NCBI GenBank assembly: GCA_964590255.1
Contig: CAZPYA010000013.1
Coordinates: forward strand, 1,549 to 65,548
Origin: an uncultured bacterium
GTDB taxonomy: Bacteria > Armatimonadota > Hebobacteria > CAIYQO01
DNA: 64,000 bases
Reading direction: 5' to 3'
The translations under genes and the position numbers were made by a program. Positions 1-8,837 of the stretch are shown here, in pieces. Within the stretch, counting starts at the first letter, position 1. Each line of letters begins with the position of its first letter. Below the pieces are notes generated by a model. It did no database searches, was not told where the DNA came from, and saw nothing but the letters and a program-made list of their open reading frames with translations.

Positions 1-626
1 AGATCGAGCGGCGTGCCGGCGACGGGCGTGGTGCCGCCTGTCGGCACCAGGTTTTCCAGGTCGAGAATCGCGTCGCATGGCACACGCACGGTGACATCCT
101 GCCGTTCACCGTAGAGCTTCCAATACGGATGGATGCCGTAGCCGAAGGGGATATTTACTTGATCGCGGTTCTCCAGTGCGAAACGCACGGTGAGTGACGC
201 TTCCGCCAACTCGTGCGTCACGCTGAAACGGCAGTTGTAGGGAAAGCCTTCATACACCGGCTGGTTGGGCGTGATGTCGATCCAACTGGTGATGTAGTTG
301 CCGTCATTGCGATATTGCATCGCTTCGTCGCGCACCAGGCCATGGATAAACACATCCTCGCCATGCTTGCGTTGTATGACGCGCCGCCCCTCGAATTCGT
401 ATGAGCAGTTGTCCAGTCGGCAGGGGGTGGGGAACATGGTGAAAGCGCCGGTGAAGGAGTCGCCTGACAGGAAACCGGCTTCATCCCAGTGAATCAGCTC
501 GGTGCCGTCCACGGTCAGCGAGATCAGATTCGCGCCCACGCCCGGCGTTACGGTCGCCTGTAAATGAAACGCGCCGCAGTGGGCAATTGTCCGCGGGGCG
601 AGGCGGTCGGTGGTCAGTGGATTCAT
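1..626 (-). CDS. aldose 1-epimerase (galactose mutarotase-like) family protein, C-terminus beyond window edge
   Basis: My own minus-strand translation from the ATG at 626-624 reads MNPLTTDRLAPRTIAHCGAFHLQ..GANLISLTVDGTELIHWD..MFPTPCRLDN..IHGLVRD..NIPFGYGIHPYW. This fits the mutarotase-fold pattern. AGGAGA lies upstream. There is no stop before position 1, which explains its absence from the ORF track. Confidence 0.65.
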   Translation of the reverse strand, partial: MNPLTTDRLAPRTIAHCGAFHLQATVTPGVGANLISLTVDGTELIHWDEAGFLSGDSFTGAFTMFPTPCRLDNCSYEFEGRRVIQRKHGEDVFIHGLVRDEAMQYRNDGNYITSWIDITPNQPVYEGFPYNCRFSVTHELAEASLTVRFALENRDQVNIPFGYGIHPYWKLYGERQDVTVRVPCDAILDLENLVPTGGTTPVAGTPLD

Positions 627-710
627 GGGCGTTCTCCTGGATGGGAAGCAATCTGACGTGCAGCAATATACCACAGAATACCGTGTTTGGGGATAGGCAC
701 TTGAGTCGAC

Positions 711-798
711 GGAAATGGGTATAACAACGAATCTTCTGCATTTTTAAAGCGCAATATGGGTGCATAGACAGAAAATTTGTTACAGTCCCCATTTCCTG
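711..798. repeat. ~87-nt element with imperfect terminal inverted repeats, copy 1 (family also at 28174-28258 and 34980-35066)
   Basis: The reverse complement begins GGAAATGGGGACTGTAACAAATTT and ends GATTCGTTGTTATACCCATTTCC. Both arms match the other two copies closely while the centre is divergent. The element lies 73 nt upstream of the 872 start. Confidence 0.7.
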
Positions 799-871
799 AC
801 CCTTCACCAGCAAGGAGACTCTTACTTCAAGCAGAATATACGGCTGAGACCGACAACTGAAAGGATATCCC

Positions 872-2110
872 ATGCCGACGACTACCCGCGATCGCGAGAT
901 CGTGCGCATCCTAGCCGCCGAAGTGGCGGAGATTGCCGCGCTGCCCGCGCAGGAGGGGACGCGCGCCCTGTGGCGCAAGCTGAACAGCCTGCGGCCGGTG
1001 CGTCCGATGGTCACCATCGATCAGGTGTGCTGGAACGAGATGAACGTCGACGACGAGTTGACGCTGCAGTGTGAGGACGCCGAGTGCCGTGGTTACGAGG
1101 ATTTCCTCCGCCGCACGCTCTATCAGTGGCGTCACTTTCGCGTCGATATGGTCGTGGAGCCGTTTATCCGCGTGCCGAAGGCGCTTCACAGTACCGGCTT
1201 CGGTGTTCGCTCCGTCGAGCGCATCGCCGTCGGCGACCCGACGAACAGCGTGGTCGGCCATGCCTACGTGAACCAGTTCGAGACCGATGCCGACCTCGAT
1301 AAGATTCAGACGCCGGTGATGACACACGATGCCACCGAAACTGCTCGCCGGCTAGAGGTGGCGCACGACCTTTTCGACGGCACGCTGGCGATCTTCGAGC
1401 AAGGTTACGATCCGTACCTTTCCGTGTGGGATCCCATTAGTTCATGGATGAGCGTGGAAGCGGCTTGTTTCGCGCTCATTGACCGTCCCGAATATATGCT
1501 AGAGATGGCACGGCGCATGGTCGATGGCTACATGCAGCAGCTCGACCAGGCAGAGGCCGACGGCCTGCTTTGCCATTCGCAGTCACTCATCCACTGCACC
1601 GGCGCGTATACTGACGAGTTGCCGGCGCCGGGCTTCGACCCGTCCAAGTCGCGCACGAAAGATATCTGGATGTTCGGGCTGGCGCAGATGTTCTCCACTG
1701 TCTCGCCGGCGATGTTCGAGGAGTTCGAGGTTGCAGTCAACATGCCGCTCTTCGAACGCTTCGGCCATGTGTATTACGGTTGCTGCGATCCGCTGGACAA
1801 GAAGATAGCGGAAGTGCGAAAGATCCCGAACCTGCGCAAAATCTCGATGAGCCCGTGGGTGAATGAAGAGCTTGGCGCGTCGGAAATTGGCCGCGACTAC
1901 GTCTACTCGCGCAAGCCGAATCCCGCCTTCCTCGCCTGGGATACCTTCAACGAAGTCGCTGCTCGCGAGCACCTGCAGACGACCGTCGACATCTGTGCCC
2001 GCTTCGGTTGCCCGTGCGAGCTGATCTTCAAAGATATCAGCACCGTGCGCTACCAGCCACAGCGCCTGTGGAAATGGGCGGAGATCGCCATGGAGGTGGC
2101 AGGCGCCTAA
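872..2110 (+). CDS. conserved hypothetical protein (412 aa), function unknown
   Basis: Long ORF with an ATG start and coding-like composition. I recognise no diagnostic motif. The context is sugar and glycan genes. Confidence 0.6.
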   Translation: MPTTTRDREIVRILAAEVAEIAALPAQEGTRALWRKLNSLRPVRPMVTIDQVCWNEMNVDDELTLQCEDAECRGYEDFLRRTLYQWRHFRVDMVVEPFIRVPKALHSTGFGVRSVERIAVGDPTNSVVGHAYVNQFETDADLDKIQTPVMTHDATETARRLEVAHDLFDGTLAIFEQGYDPYLSVWDPISSWMSVEAACFALIDRPEYMLEMARRMVDGYMQQLDQAEADGLLCHSQSLIHCTGAYTDELPAPGFDPSKSRTKDIWMFGLAQMFSTVSPAMFEEFEVAVNMPLFERFGHVYYGCCDPLDKKIAEVRKIPNLRKISMSPWVNEELGASEIGRDYVYSRKPNPAFLAWDTFNEVAAREHLQTTVDICARFGCPCELIFKDISTVRYQPQRLWKWAEIAMEVAGA

Positions 2111-2271
2111 GAAACTGTATTGGAAGTGTTCGCAGCCGTTTCACGGGTCTGGATCGCGCCTGACCGCGTTGGATTCGCTGGCATGTATGTCCCCATACAC
2201 TCGCGCGAATCCGCCTTGCCAGCCACGATCCATCCTCCACGATCCGACTACGATCACGTCCAATACAGATT

Positions 2272-3093
2272 CTAAGGGCGTTGTCGATTGATCTCGTAGA
2301 GCATAATCGATGCCGCGCAGGCCATGTTCAGTGATGACGCGGAGCCGTGCATGGGAATGCGCGTCATAGTGTCGCATAGCGCCTGTGCGGCTTTGCTCAA
2401 GCCCCACGTCTCGTTGCCGATGAGCAGCAGGGTGGGGGCGGTGAAATCGTGTTCATTCAAGTCGACGGCGCCATGCTCGTCGGTGCCGATGACTTGCAAT
2501 GTGCCGAGTTGCTCACGCACCGTTGCGATCCACGGTTCCAGAGCGCTCACCGACGGCACCCGCACCGCCGGCACGGCGAAGAAGGAGCCGGTGGTGGCGG
2601 CAATCACCTCGGGGCTGTAGAGGTCGACGGCGTGGCCGGCGACGACCACACCGGCCGCGCCCAGCGCGTCGCAAGAGCGGATGAGCGAACCGAGATTGCC
2701 GGGACTGGCCGGCCGGTCGCAGGCCACGACGGTGAACGGCGCGCGCAGCGGAATGCGGCTAAGGTCGTCCGGCGGGGTGGTGACCAATGCCAGCAGCTCG
2801 GAGGTATCTTCCTTCTGGCTCAGTTCTCGCAGCAGCGCTTGCGGCATGGCGTAATGGCGCTGGGCAGTGGAGGTAGCCAGGATGTCCTGTGCCCAGCCGG
2901 ACAGTGGCGCGTCAGTGGCGTAGATATACGCGGCGATCGGCCAGCCATGCTGCCGCGCCAGGTTGATGGGCCGCACGCCTTCAACAAAGAATTCGCCGGC
3001 GCGGTGCCGCTTCTCGCGGTTGCGGCGCAGCGTTTCGATGTATTGGAACTGGTCGTTCCGGCTGGCGATGGTAATTAGTTGTTTGGGCGGCAT
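2272..3093 (-). CDS. TrmH/SpoU-family RNA 2'-O-methyltransferase
   Basis: The C-terminal SPOUT motifs LLIGNETWGLS and IPMHGSASSLNMACAASIMLYE are present. The N-terminal substrate-binding-like region resembles rRNA methylase members. Confidence 0.8.
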   Translation of the reverse strand: MPPKQLITIASRNDQFQYIETLRRNREKRHRAGEFFVEGVRPINLARQHGWPIAAYIYATDAPLSGWAQDILATSTAQRHYAMPQALLRELSQKEDTSELLALVTTPPDDLSRIPLRAPFTVVACDRPASPGNLGSLIRSCDALGAAGVVVAGHAVDLYSPEVIAATTGSFFAVPAVRVPSVSALEPWIATVREQLGTLQVIGTDEHGAVDLNEHDFTAPTLLLIGNETWGLSKAAQALCDTMTRIPMHGSASSLNMACAASIMLYEINRQRP

Positions 3094-3279
3094 ATTGAAT
3101 CTTTTCGCAGCTATGGGGCCATATTCCTGCCGATCCTATAGTCTCTGTTGCGTGCGAAAGCTGGGCGGAAGGGACAGACTACGCAAGGCGGCGCTAACCT
3201 GATGTCGTGGCGCATCTGCATAAAACCGTCGATTGCTGATTCGGCCATGCGCAGTCAGTCCCGGTGGTAAGGGGTTTTT

Positions 3280-5400
3280 ATGACACTCACCGAACTCTGT
3301 ATAATATATTCTGCGCGCATCCAGCGCCTCTTCGCCGCGCTGGATCTGGATCGACCCGCACTTGCGTCTGTGAAGGCCGCCGTCGCCGACAGCCGCTGGG
3401 CGGACGCCTGCGACGCGCTGCTCGCGTATTACCGCGCGTGCGATTCCGGCGCCTGGCTGCGGCACGATGTGCCGCAGCCGAGTGAGGCCATCGTTCCCAA
3501 GGTCGACCGCATGGCCGATGGCTATTTCCCCATACTGGGCGGCGAGGTGGCGATTCCGCGCCTGCCGTCCGGCCATCTCGATTGGGGCCATGTGCCGCCA
3601 TGCGCCGGCGGCGAAGAGTGGGTCTACGGCATCAACCGCCATGACTACATGACCGAGCTGGTGGCGGCTTTTGTCGCCACCGGCAACCGCCGTTATGCGC
3701 GAGCGTTGAACGAACAGCTCGGCGACTGGGCGCGCAGCATTACCGAGCCGGAGGTGGTGAACGTCCAGGGGCCGTGCCCCTGGGGCACCATCCTGGAGGT
3801 CGGCCACCGCTGCAAGGTGTGGCCGGGCGTCTTTTATGGCCTGCAGGGGGAGGACGAGTTCACCCCGGCGACGCGCATCCTCTTGCTCTGCCAGGCGCTC
3901 GAGCATGCGGAATTTCTCGAACGACACTCGTCAGGCGGCAGCAACTGGATCATCACCGAGATGGCGGGCCTGCTCTCCATCGCTTGCGGCTGGCCGGAAT
4001 TCCGCAAAGCCGGCGATTGGCGCGAGATGGCGCTGCGCCTGTGCCAGACAGAACTGGCTGAACAGGTCTACCCCGACGGCGTGCAAAAGGAGCTGAGCAG
4101 CAACTACCAGCTCGCGGTGCTCTGGCATATGGACTTCTTCGTCGCCACCATGCATGGCGCGGGCATCCCCATCCAGCCGGAATTCGCCGCGCTGCTCGAA
4201 CGCATGTGGAACTACCTGGCTTACTCGCTGTGCCCTAACGGTTACACCCCGCATAACGGCGACTCAGACCGTCCGGTCTCCGGCGACCCGACCCAGGCCA
4301 TCGCCCCGCTGCAGGTGGTGCGGCCGCTACTGGCCGCGGCGGAAGTATACCGCCGGCCGGACTGGGTGTATATCGCCACCAATGGCGCGCGGGGAACGAA
4401 ACCCGCCGGCCTGCCGTCCGTGCGGTATCCCTGGGGCGGCCAGCTCATCAGCCGCAGCGGCTGGGACGCCGACGCCCACTGGTCCTATTTCGATAATGGC
4501 CCATGGGGCATTCTCCACCAGCAGTTCGACGCGCTGCATTTCTCCGTCACCGCCCACGGGCGCGACTTACTGGTGGACAGCGGCCGCTATACCTACCAGA
4601 ATTACTTCGGCGAGGCAGGCACCTGGCGCAGCTACTTCATTGGCACCGCGGCGCACAACACCCTGCTCATCGACGGGATGGGGCAGGTGAACGGCCCACT
4701 GATGGCGGATGTCCCGTTCGACGAGACGGCCATGTGCGTGACGCCCACCTATGACTATGCCCAGGGCACCTACAATTCCGGCTACGGCGACGTCGCCACC
4801 GCCTTCGCCCGGCACAAGGCGGTGCTGTGGCGCCAACCGCTGCCCGAGGAAGGCGTCGATTATGGCGTATCTCACACCCGCGGCGTGCTTTATCTGCGCG
4901 GCATCGGCTGGCTGGTGGTTGATCGCGTCACCACCGACCGGCCCCGGCGCGTCACGCCGCTGTGGCACTTCCACCCTGATTGCACTGTCGTCCGCGAGGG
5001 TCCGTCCATTGTCACCGTCGATGACGGGGCAGGGAATTTACGCATCCAGCCCATCTACTTCCAGGACTGGGATATCGATTTCGTCGCTGGCCGAGAAGGC
5101 CCGGATTTCCAGGGGTGGTACAGCACCGAGATGGACTTGAGAGTGCCCAACACCTGTGCCATCTACAGCGCCGACTTCTCCGGCACGACGATGTTTGCCT
5201 GGCTCATCTACACGGCGAAAGGCCCGGTGCCCGAGGCGGCGACCTTCGATCTTCCAGCCACGGATGGCGCGGTGTGCACGATGATCGACATACCAGGCCA
5301 TCCGCGCTTCGAGGTGGCGGTGCGGCTTGATCTCGATACGCCGCTCACACTGGTGAACGGGGAGGCGTTGAACGGGCATGTTGGCGTGCTGGTTTCATGA
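3280..5400 (+). CDS. heparinase II/III-like family protein (polysaccharide lyase-like)
   Basis: 706 aa. The segments DGVQKELSSNYQLAVLWHMDFF and AAHNTLLIDG are typical of the heparinase II/III toroid plus beta-sandwich architecture. Confidence 0.7.
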   Translation: MTLTELCIIYSARIQRLFAALDLDRPALASVKAAVADSRWADACDALLAYYRACDSGAWLRHDVPQPSEAIVPKVDRMADGYFPILGGEVAIPRLPSGHLDWGHVPPCAGGEEWVYGINRHDYMTELVAAFVATGNRRYARALNEQLGDWARSITEPEVVNVQGPCPWGTILEVGHRCKVWPGVFYGLQGEDEFTPATRILLLCQALEHAEFLERHSSGGSNWIITEMAGLLSIACGWPEFRKAGDWREMALRLCQTELAEQVYPDGVQKELSSNYQLAVLWHMDFFVATMHGAGIPIQPEFAALLERMWNYLAYSLCPNGYTPHNGDSDRPVSGDPTQAIAPLQVVRPLLAAAEVYRRPDWVYIATNGARGTKPAGLPSVRYPWGGQLISRSGWDADAHWSYFDNGPWGILHQQFDALHFSVTAHGRDLLVDSGRYTYQNYFGEAGTWRSYFIGTAAHNTLLIDGMGQVNGPLMADVPFDETAMCVTPTYDYAQGTYNSGYGDVATAFARHKAVLWRQPLPEEGVDYGVSHTRGVLYLRGIGWLVVDRVTTDRPRRVTPLWHFHPDCTVVREGPSIVTVDDGAGNLRIQPIYFQDWDIDFVAGREGPDFQGWYSTEMDLRVPNTCAIYSADFSGTTMFAWLIYTAKGPVPEAATFDLPATDGAVCTMIDIPGHPRFEVAVRLDLDTPLTLVNGEALNGHVGVLVS

Positions 5401-5411
5401 CTACCCCCCGT

Positions 5412-5456
5412 GACTACCCCCACATTTTTGTGGTTTTGGCGAAAAAGGGGGTAGTC
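5412..5456 (+). terminator. hairpin immediately after the heparinase-like gene stop
   Basis: GACTACCCCC (5412-5421) pairs with GGGGGTAGTC (5447-5456), and an inner TTTTT/AAAAA pairing extends it. There is no clean T-tract afterwards, so terminator function is uncertain. Confidence 0.35.
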
Positions 5457-5493
5457 GGTTTCGGGTTCCAGGTTTCAGGTATCAAGCTGGGTT

Positions 5494-5628
5494 CCAGCCG
5501 TTGGAAACGGCTGGCTAGGTTCAGTCGTCCCTACCGGGACTGGCGGGGCGGGTATTCTGTTGACAGGGTGCGTTTCTAGCGATAGGGCGGTGGCGGCGTG
5601 CGTAATAGGACGCCACTCCGCCTCGCTG
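5494..5628 (+). repeat. ~135-nt intergenic repeat, copy A (inverted copy at 49271-49403)
   Basis: By hand alignment to the reverse complement of 49271-49403, the conserved blocks are TTCAGTCGTC, CTGGCG.GG.GGGTATTC.GTTG.CAGG.TGC and CAGCGATAGGGCG.TG.CGG.GTG..TAAT...ACGCCACTCCGC.TCGCTG. Confidence 0.75.
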
Positions 5629-5776
5629 AATGGCATACTATGAACGGGTGCTGGTGGTGACCTGGGTTATAGACAAGGGCAGTATAGCAGATTTGGCGGT
5701 TTGTGTCAAGCGCATGTTTGCCATGGGCTACCTGGAGATATGGTAAGATAGCGACACACCATTCATCCAGGAGGTT

Positions 5777-7384
5777 ATGATGACCGCATCCACTGTGTCC
5801 TGTGCCGCGTTGACCGATGTGCCGGAGGCCGTCCGCTTGCCCGGCGAGATTCACCAGACGGAGTATCTGATCGACGGCGAGATTCGCCAGTGGGCGGGGG
5901 AGACGCGCACGGTGTATTCGCCGGTCTGCTGTAACGGCGTACAGGTAACGCTGGGCAGCTTTCCGCTGATGGATGAAGCGGAGGCGCTGGCGGCGCTGGA
6001 GGCGGCCAGCCGAGCGTATGACCAGGGGCGGGGGCATTGGCCCACCTGCTCCGTCGCCGAACGTATCGGCTGCGTGGAGCAGTTCGCCTTCCGCATGCGC
6101 GAGTGCCGCGACGAGATCGTGCGGCTGTTGATGTGGGAGATCGGGAAGAGCGCTGGCGACGCCGCGAAGGAGTTCGACCGCACGCTGGAATACATCCGCG
6201 CCACCATCGACGCGCTGAAGGAATTGGACCGCGTGTCCTCGCGATTCGTCATCGAGCAGGGGGTTGCCGCGCAGATTCGCCGCGCGCCGTTGGGCGTGGT
6301 GCTGAGCCTGGGTCCGTACAACTACCCGCTCAACGAGACGTTCACCACGCTTATCCCCGCGCTCATTATGGGCAATACGGCGATACTGAAGCCGCCGCGG
6401 CATGGCGTACTGCTTTACCGCACGCTGCTGAACGCTTTCAAGGATTCGTTCCCGGCGGGGGTGGTGAACACCATCTACGGCGCGGGCAACCAGATTATCG
6501 GTCCGTTGATGGCCTCAGGCAAGGTAGACGTGCTGGCGTTCATTGGCTCCAGCCGCGTGGCCGACCTGCTGAAGGCGCAGCATCCGAAGCAGCACCGCCT
6601 GCGCTGCGTGCTGGGGCTGGACGCGAAGAACGCCGGCATCATCCTGCCCGACGCCGATCTCGATCAGGCAGTGGCGGAGTGTTTGCTCGGTTCGCTGTCG
6701 TATAACGGCCAGCGTTGCACCGCGCTGAAAATCCTCTTCGTACACCAGAGCCTGGCACCGGCGTTCCTGGAGAAGTTCAGCGCCGCTGTCTCCGCGTTGA
6801 AGTGCGGCCTGCCGTGGGAGAGCGGCGTGCAGATCACCCCGCTGCCCACGCTGAAGCAGATCGACTACATGCAGGAGCTGCTGGCCGACGCCGCGGCGCT
6901 GGGTGGGGCGGTGATGAACCCCGGCGGCGGGGTGGCGACCGGCACGCTGATGACGCCGGCGGTGGTCTATCCCGTGTCACCGCAGGCGCGCCTCTACACC
7001 GAAGAGCAGTTTGGCCCGATCGTGCCGGTGTGCCCCTTCACCGACCTTGAGGAGCCGATGCGCTATGTCACCGAGTCGAACTACGGCCAGCAGGTGAGCA
7101 TCTTCGGCAGCGACAGCGCGCAGATCGCCGCGCTCATCGACCCGCTGGTGAACCAGGTCTGCCGGGTGAACATCAACAGCCAGTGCCAGCGCGGCCCCGA
7201 CACCTTCCCCTTCACCGGGCGCAAAGACTCCGCCGAAGGCACGCTCTCCGTCTCCGACGCACTGCGCTGCTTCACCATTCGCACGCTGGTGGCCGCCAAG
7301 CAGACCGAGCAGAACACGCGGATCATCACCGAGATCGTGCGCGAGCATCAGTCGGCGTTTTTGTCGACGGATTTTATTTTCTGA
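5777..7384 (+). CDS. aldehyde dehydrogenase family protein, non-phosphorylating GAPDH (GapN)-like
   Basis: 535 aa. It carries the ALDH motifs ILKPPRHG, the catalytic-Cys context YNGQRCTALK, and EEQFGPIVPV. A GGAGG RBS lies 6 nt upstream of the ATG. Confidence 0.75.
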   Translation: MMTASTVSCAALTDVPEAVRLPGEIHQTEYLIDGEIRQWAGETRTVYSPVCCNGVQVTLGSFPLMDEAEALAALEAASRAYDQGRGHWPTCSVAERIGCVEQFAFRMRECRDEIVRLLMWEIGKSAGDAAKEFDRTLEYIRATIDALKELDRVSSRFVIEQGVAAQIRRAPLGVVLSLGPYNYPLNETFTTLIPALIMGNTAILKPPRHGVLLYRTLLNAFKDSFPAGVVNTIYGAGNQIIGPLMASGKVDVLAFIGSSRVADLLKAQHPKQHRLRCVLGLDAKNAGIILPDADLDQAVAECLLGSLSYNGQRCTALKILFVHQSLAPAFLEKFSAAVSALKCGLPWESGVQITPLPTLKQIDYMQELLADAAALGGAVMNPGGGVATGTLMTPAVVYPVSPQARLYTEEQFGPIVPVCPFTDLEEPMRYVTESNYGQQVSIFGSDSAQIAALIDPLVNQVCRVNINSQCQRGPDTFPFTGRKDSAEGTLSVSDALRCFTIRTLVAAKQTEQNTRIITEIVREHQSAFLSTDFIF

Positions 7385-7420
7385 ATACTACTACCCCGTT
7401 ACATATCGAGAACTCTGGTT

Positions 7421-7469
7421 CCCCGGATTGAAATCCGGGGCTGGAGAAACGAAGTCCACCTTCGTGGAC
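7421..7469. repeat. REP-like double hairpin between convergent genes (probable bidirectional terminator region)
   Basis: The hairpins are CCCCGGAT-TGAA-ATCCGGGG (7421-7440) and GTCCAC-CTTC-GTGGAC (7454-7469). The same two-hairpin layout and flanks occur at 5494-5540 and, more loosely, at 12614-12669. Confidence 0.6.
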
Positions 7470-7494
7470 TGACTATTTCGGGATATCGCTCCGC

Positions 7495-8523
7495 TCAAGC
7501 TTTTGGACCTAACGGAGTAGTCGCATGCAGATCGCTGAAAGGCACTAACCGTCCCTGTTCCTCGTCGTACAGGTTATTGCGCAGGGCGCTCATGCTGGTG
7601 CGAAGGGTCTGCGGGGTGACGGATTGCAACTCGGGGGTGGCGTCGTAGCATTGTTGCAGGTGGTAGTTGGGGATCATTGAGCGGGCGTGGTGCACGTGGT
7701 GGAGGCCGATGTTGCCGGTGAACCATTGCAGCACCCGCGGCAGCCGATAGTACGACGCGCCGTGCAGCACGGCGTCGGCGAAGTTCCACCGGTCGTCCCG
7801 CGCCCAGTAGACGCCGGTGAACTGGTGCTGCACATAGAAGATCCATACGCCCAGCATCCAGGCGAGGAAGAGCGTCGGTCCCTGCGCCATGAGGTAGGCC
7901 GGGAAACCGACCAGCAGGCTGAGTCCACCCACGATGCCGATGAGCGCGATGTCGGTGAACCATACGCTGAAGCGCGCTTCGGGGGGCGCGCTTTTGATGG
8001 GGAAGCGATAGATGAGCGCGAAGAGCACCGCTGAGCCGATGCCGAACATGACGAACGGGTTGCGGTAGATACGATACATGGCGCGTGTCAGCCATGGCGC
8101 CGCCCGGTATTCGTCCACCGTCATCAGCTTGATGTCGCCCACGCCGCGGTGGTCCAGGTTGCCGAACGTTTCATGATGCACGAAATGCGTCCAGCGCCAC
8201 TGCTCGTATGGGGTGAACGCCAGCACCCCGATGCAATAGCCGAGGATATTGTTGACGCGCTCGGACGGCAGAAACGACTCGTGGCAGCAGTCGTGGAAGA
8301 TAATGAAGGTGCGGATGAAGAACCCCGTTGCGGGCACGCTAAGCGCCAGCGTTATCCAGTAAGGGTACCCATGACTGACCAGGTACAGCATCGCGGCCAA
8401 CAGCGCCAGGTAGGGTACCAGGCTGTTGAAAATTTGTCCCACGGCACGGCGCCAATCCGGCTGGGCATAGGGTTTGATCCGGTAGAACCACTCCGGTCGT
8501 TCTCGTTTATGATCCCCAGGCAT
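7495..8523 (-). CDS. membrane fatty-acid desaturase
   Basis: It carries the three His boxes HDCCHESF, HFVHHETF and HHVHH. I prefer the internal ATG at 8523 (MPGDHKRERPEWF) over the 8613 start given in the ORF track. Confidence 0.85.
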   Translation of the reverse strand: MPGDHKRERPEWFYRIKPYAQPDWRRAVGQIFNSLVPYLALLAAMLYLVSHGYPYWITLALSVPATGFFIRTFIIFHDCCHESFLPSERVNNILGYCIGVLAFTPYEQWRWTHFVHHETFGNLDHRGVGDIKLMTVDEYRAAPWLTRAMYRIYRNPFVMFGIGSAVLFALIYRFPIKSAPPEARFSVWFTDIALIGIVGGLSLLVGFPAYLMAQGPTLFLAWMLGVWIFYVQHQFTGVYWARDDRWNFADAVLHGASYYRLPRVLQWFTGNIGLHHVHHARSMIPNYHLQQCYDATPELQSVTPQTLRTSMSALRNNLYDEEQGRLVPFSDLHATTPLGPKA

Positions 8524-8837
8524 GATACACGTATTGTCTCGACGCTTGCCGGGTTTGTGTGACTGAATTGCACTGAACAATGTCAGAGAAGGTGACATGG
8601 GCAACGGGCACACCAGAGAATACTGTCGTCATTCTGCCTTGTTCGCTGGCTCGTGCGCGTTGTTGAGCGCCCTTGAAATATGACCTCATATGTCTGCGGG
8701 CACTCGCCTAGCCCACGAACCAGCGCCCTGCGGCATAATGACGACATTATTCACCGGTGCGCCCAACGGCAACACAGGGTAAGAAATGCACGGTTCGCGG
8801 CAGGCATCGGCCGCGCGGGCACCGAAGTTATTATGTC

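Noticed and set aside
5536-5630. Resemblance of GGGACTGGCGGGG ... CCGCCTCGCTG to the ZTP (pfl) riboswitch cores GACUGGCG and CCGCCUGGGC.
   Set aside because: The second core lacks the invariant CUGGGC, the P1/P2 architecture cannot be drawn, copy B diverges at these positions, and the downstream gene is not a purine or folate gene.
8605-8620. A 16-mer, CGGGCACACCAGAGAA, shared between 8605-8620 and 13531-13546. It could be a common operator.
   Set aside because: A single exact 16-mer match is roughly what chance predicts in a 64-kb two-strand comparison, and the flanks are unrelated.
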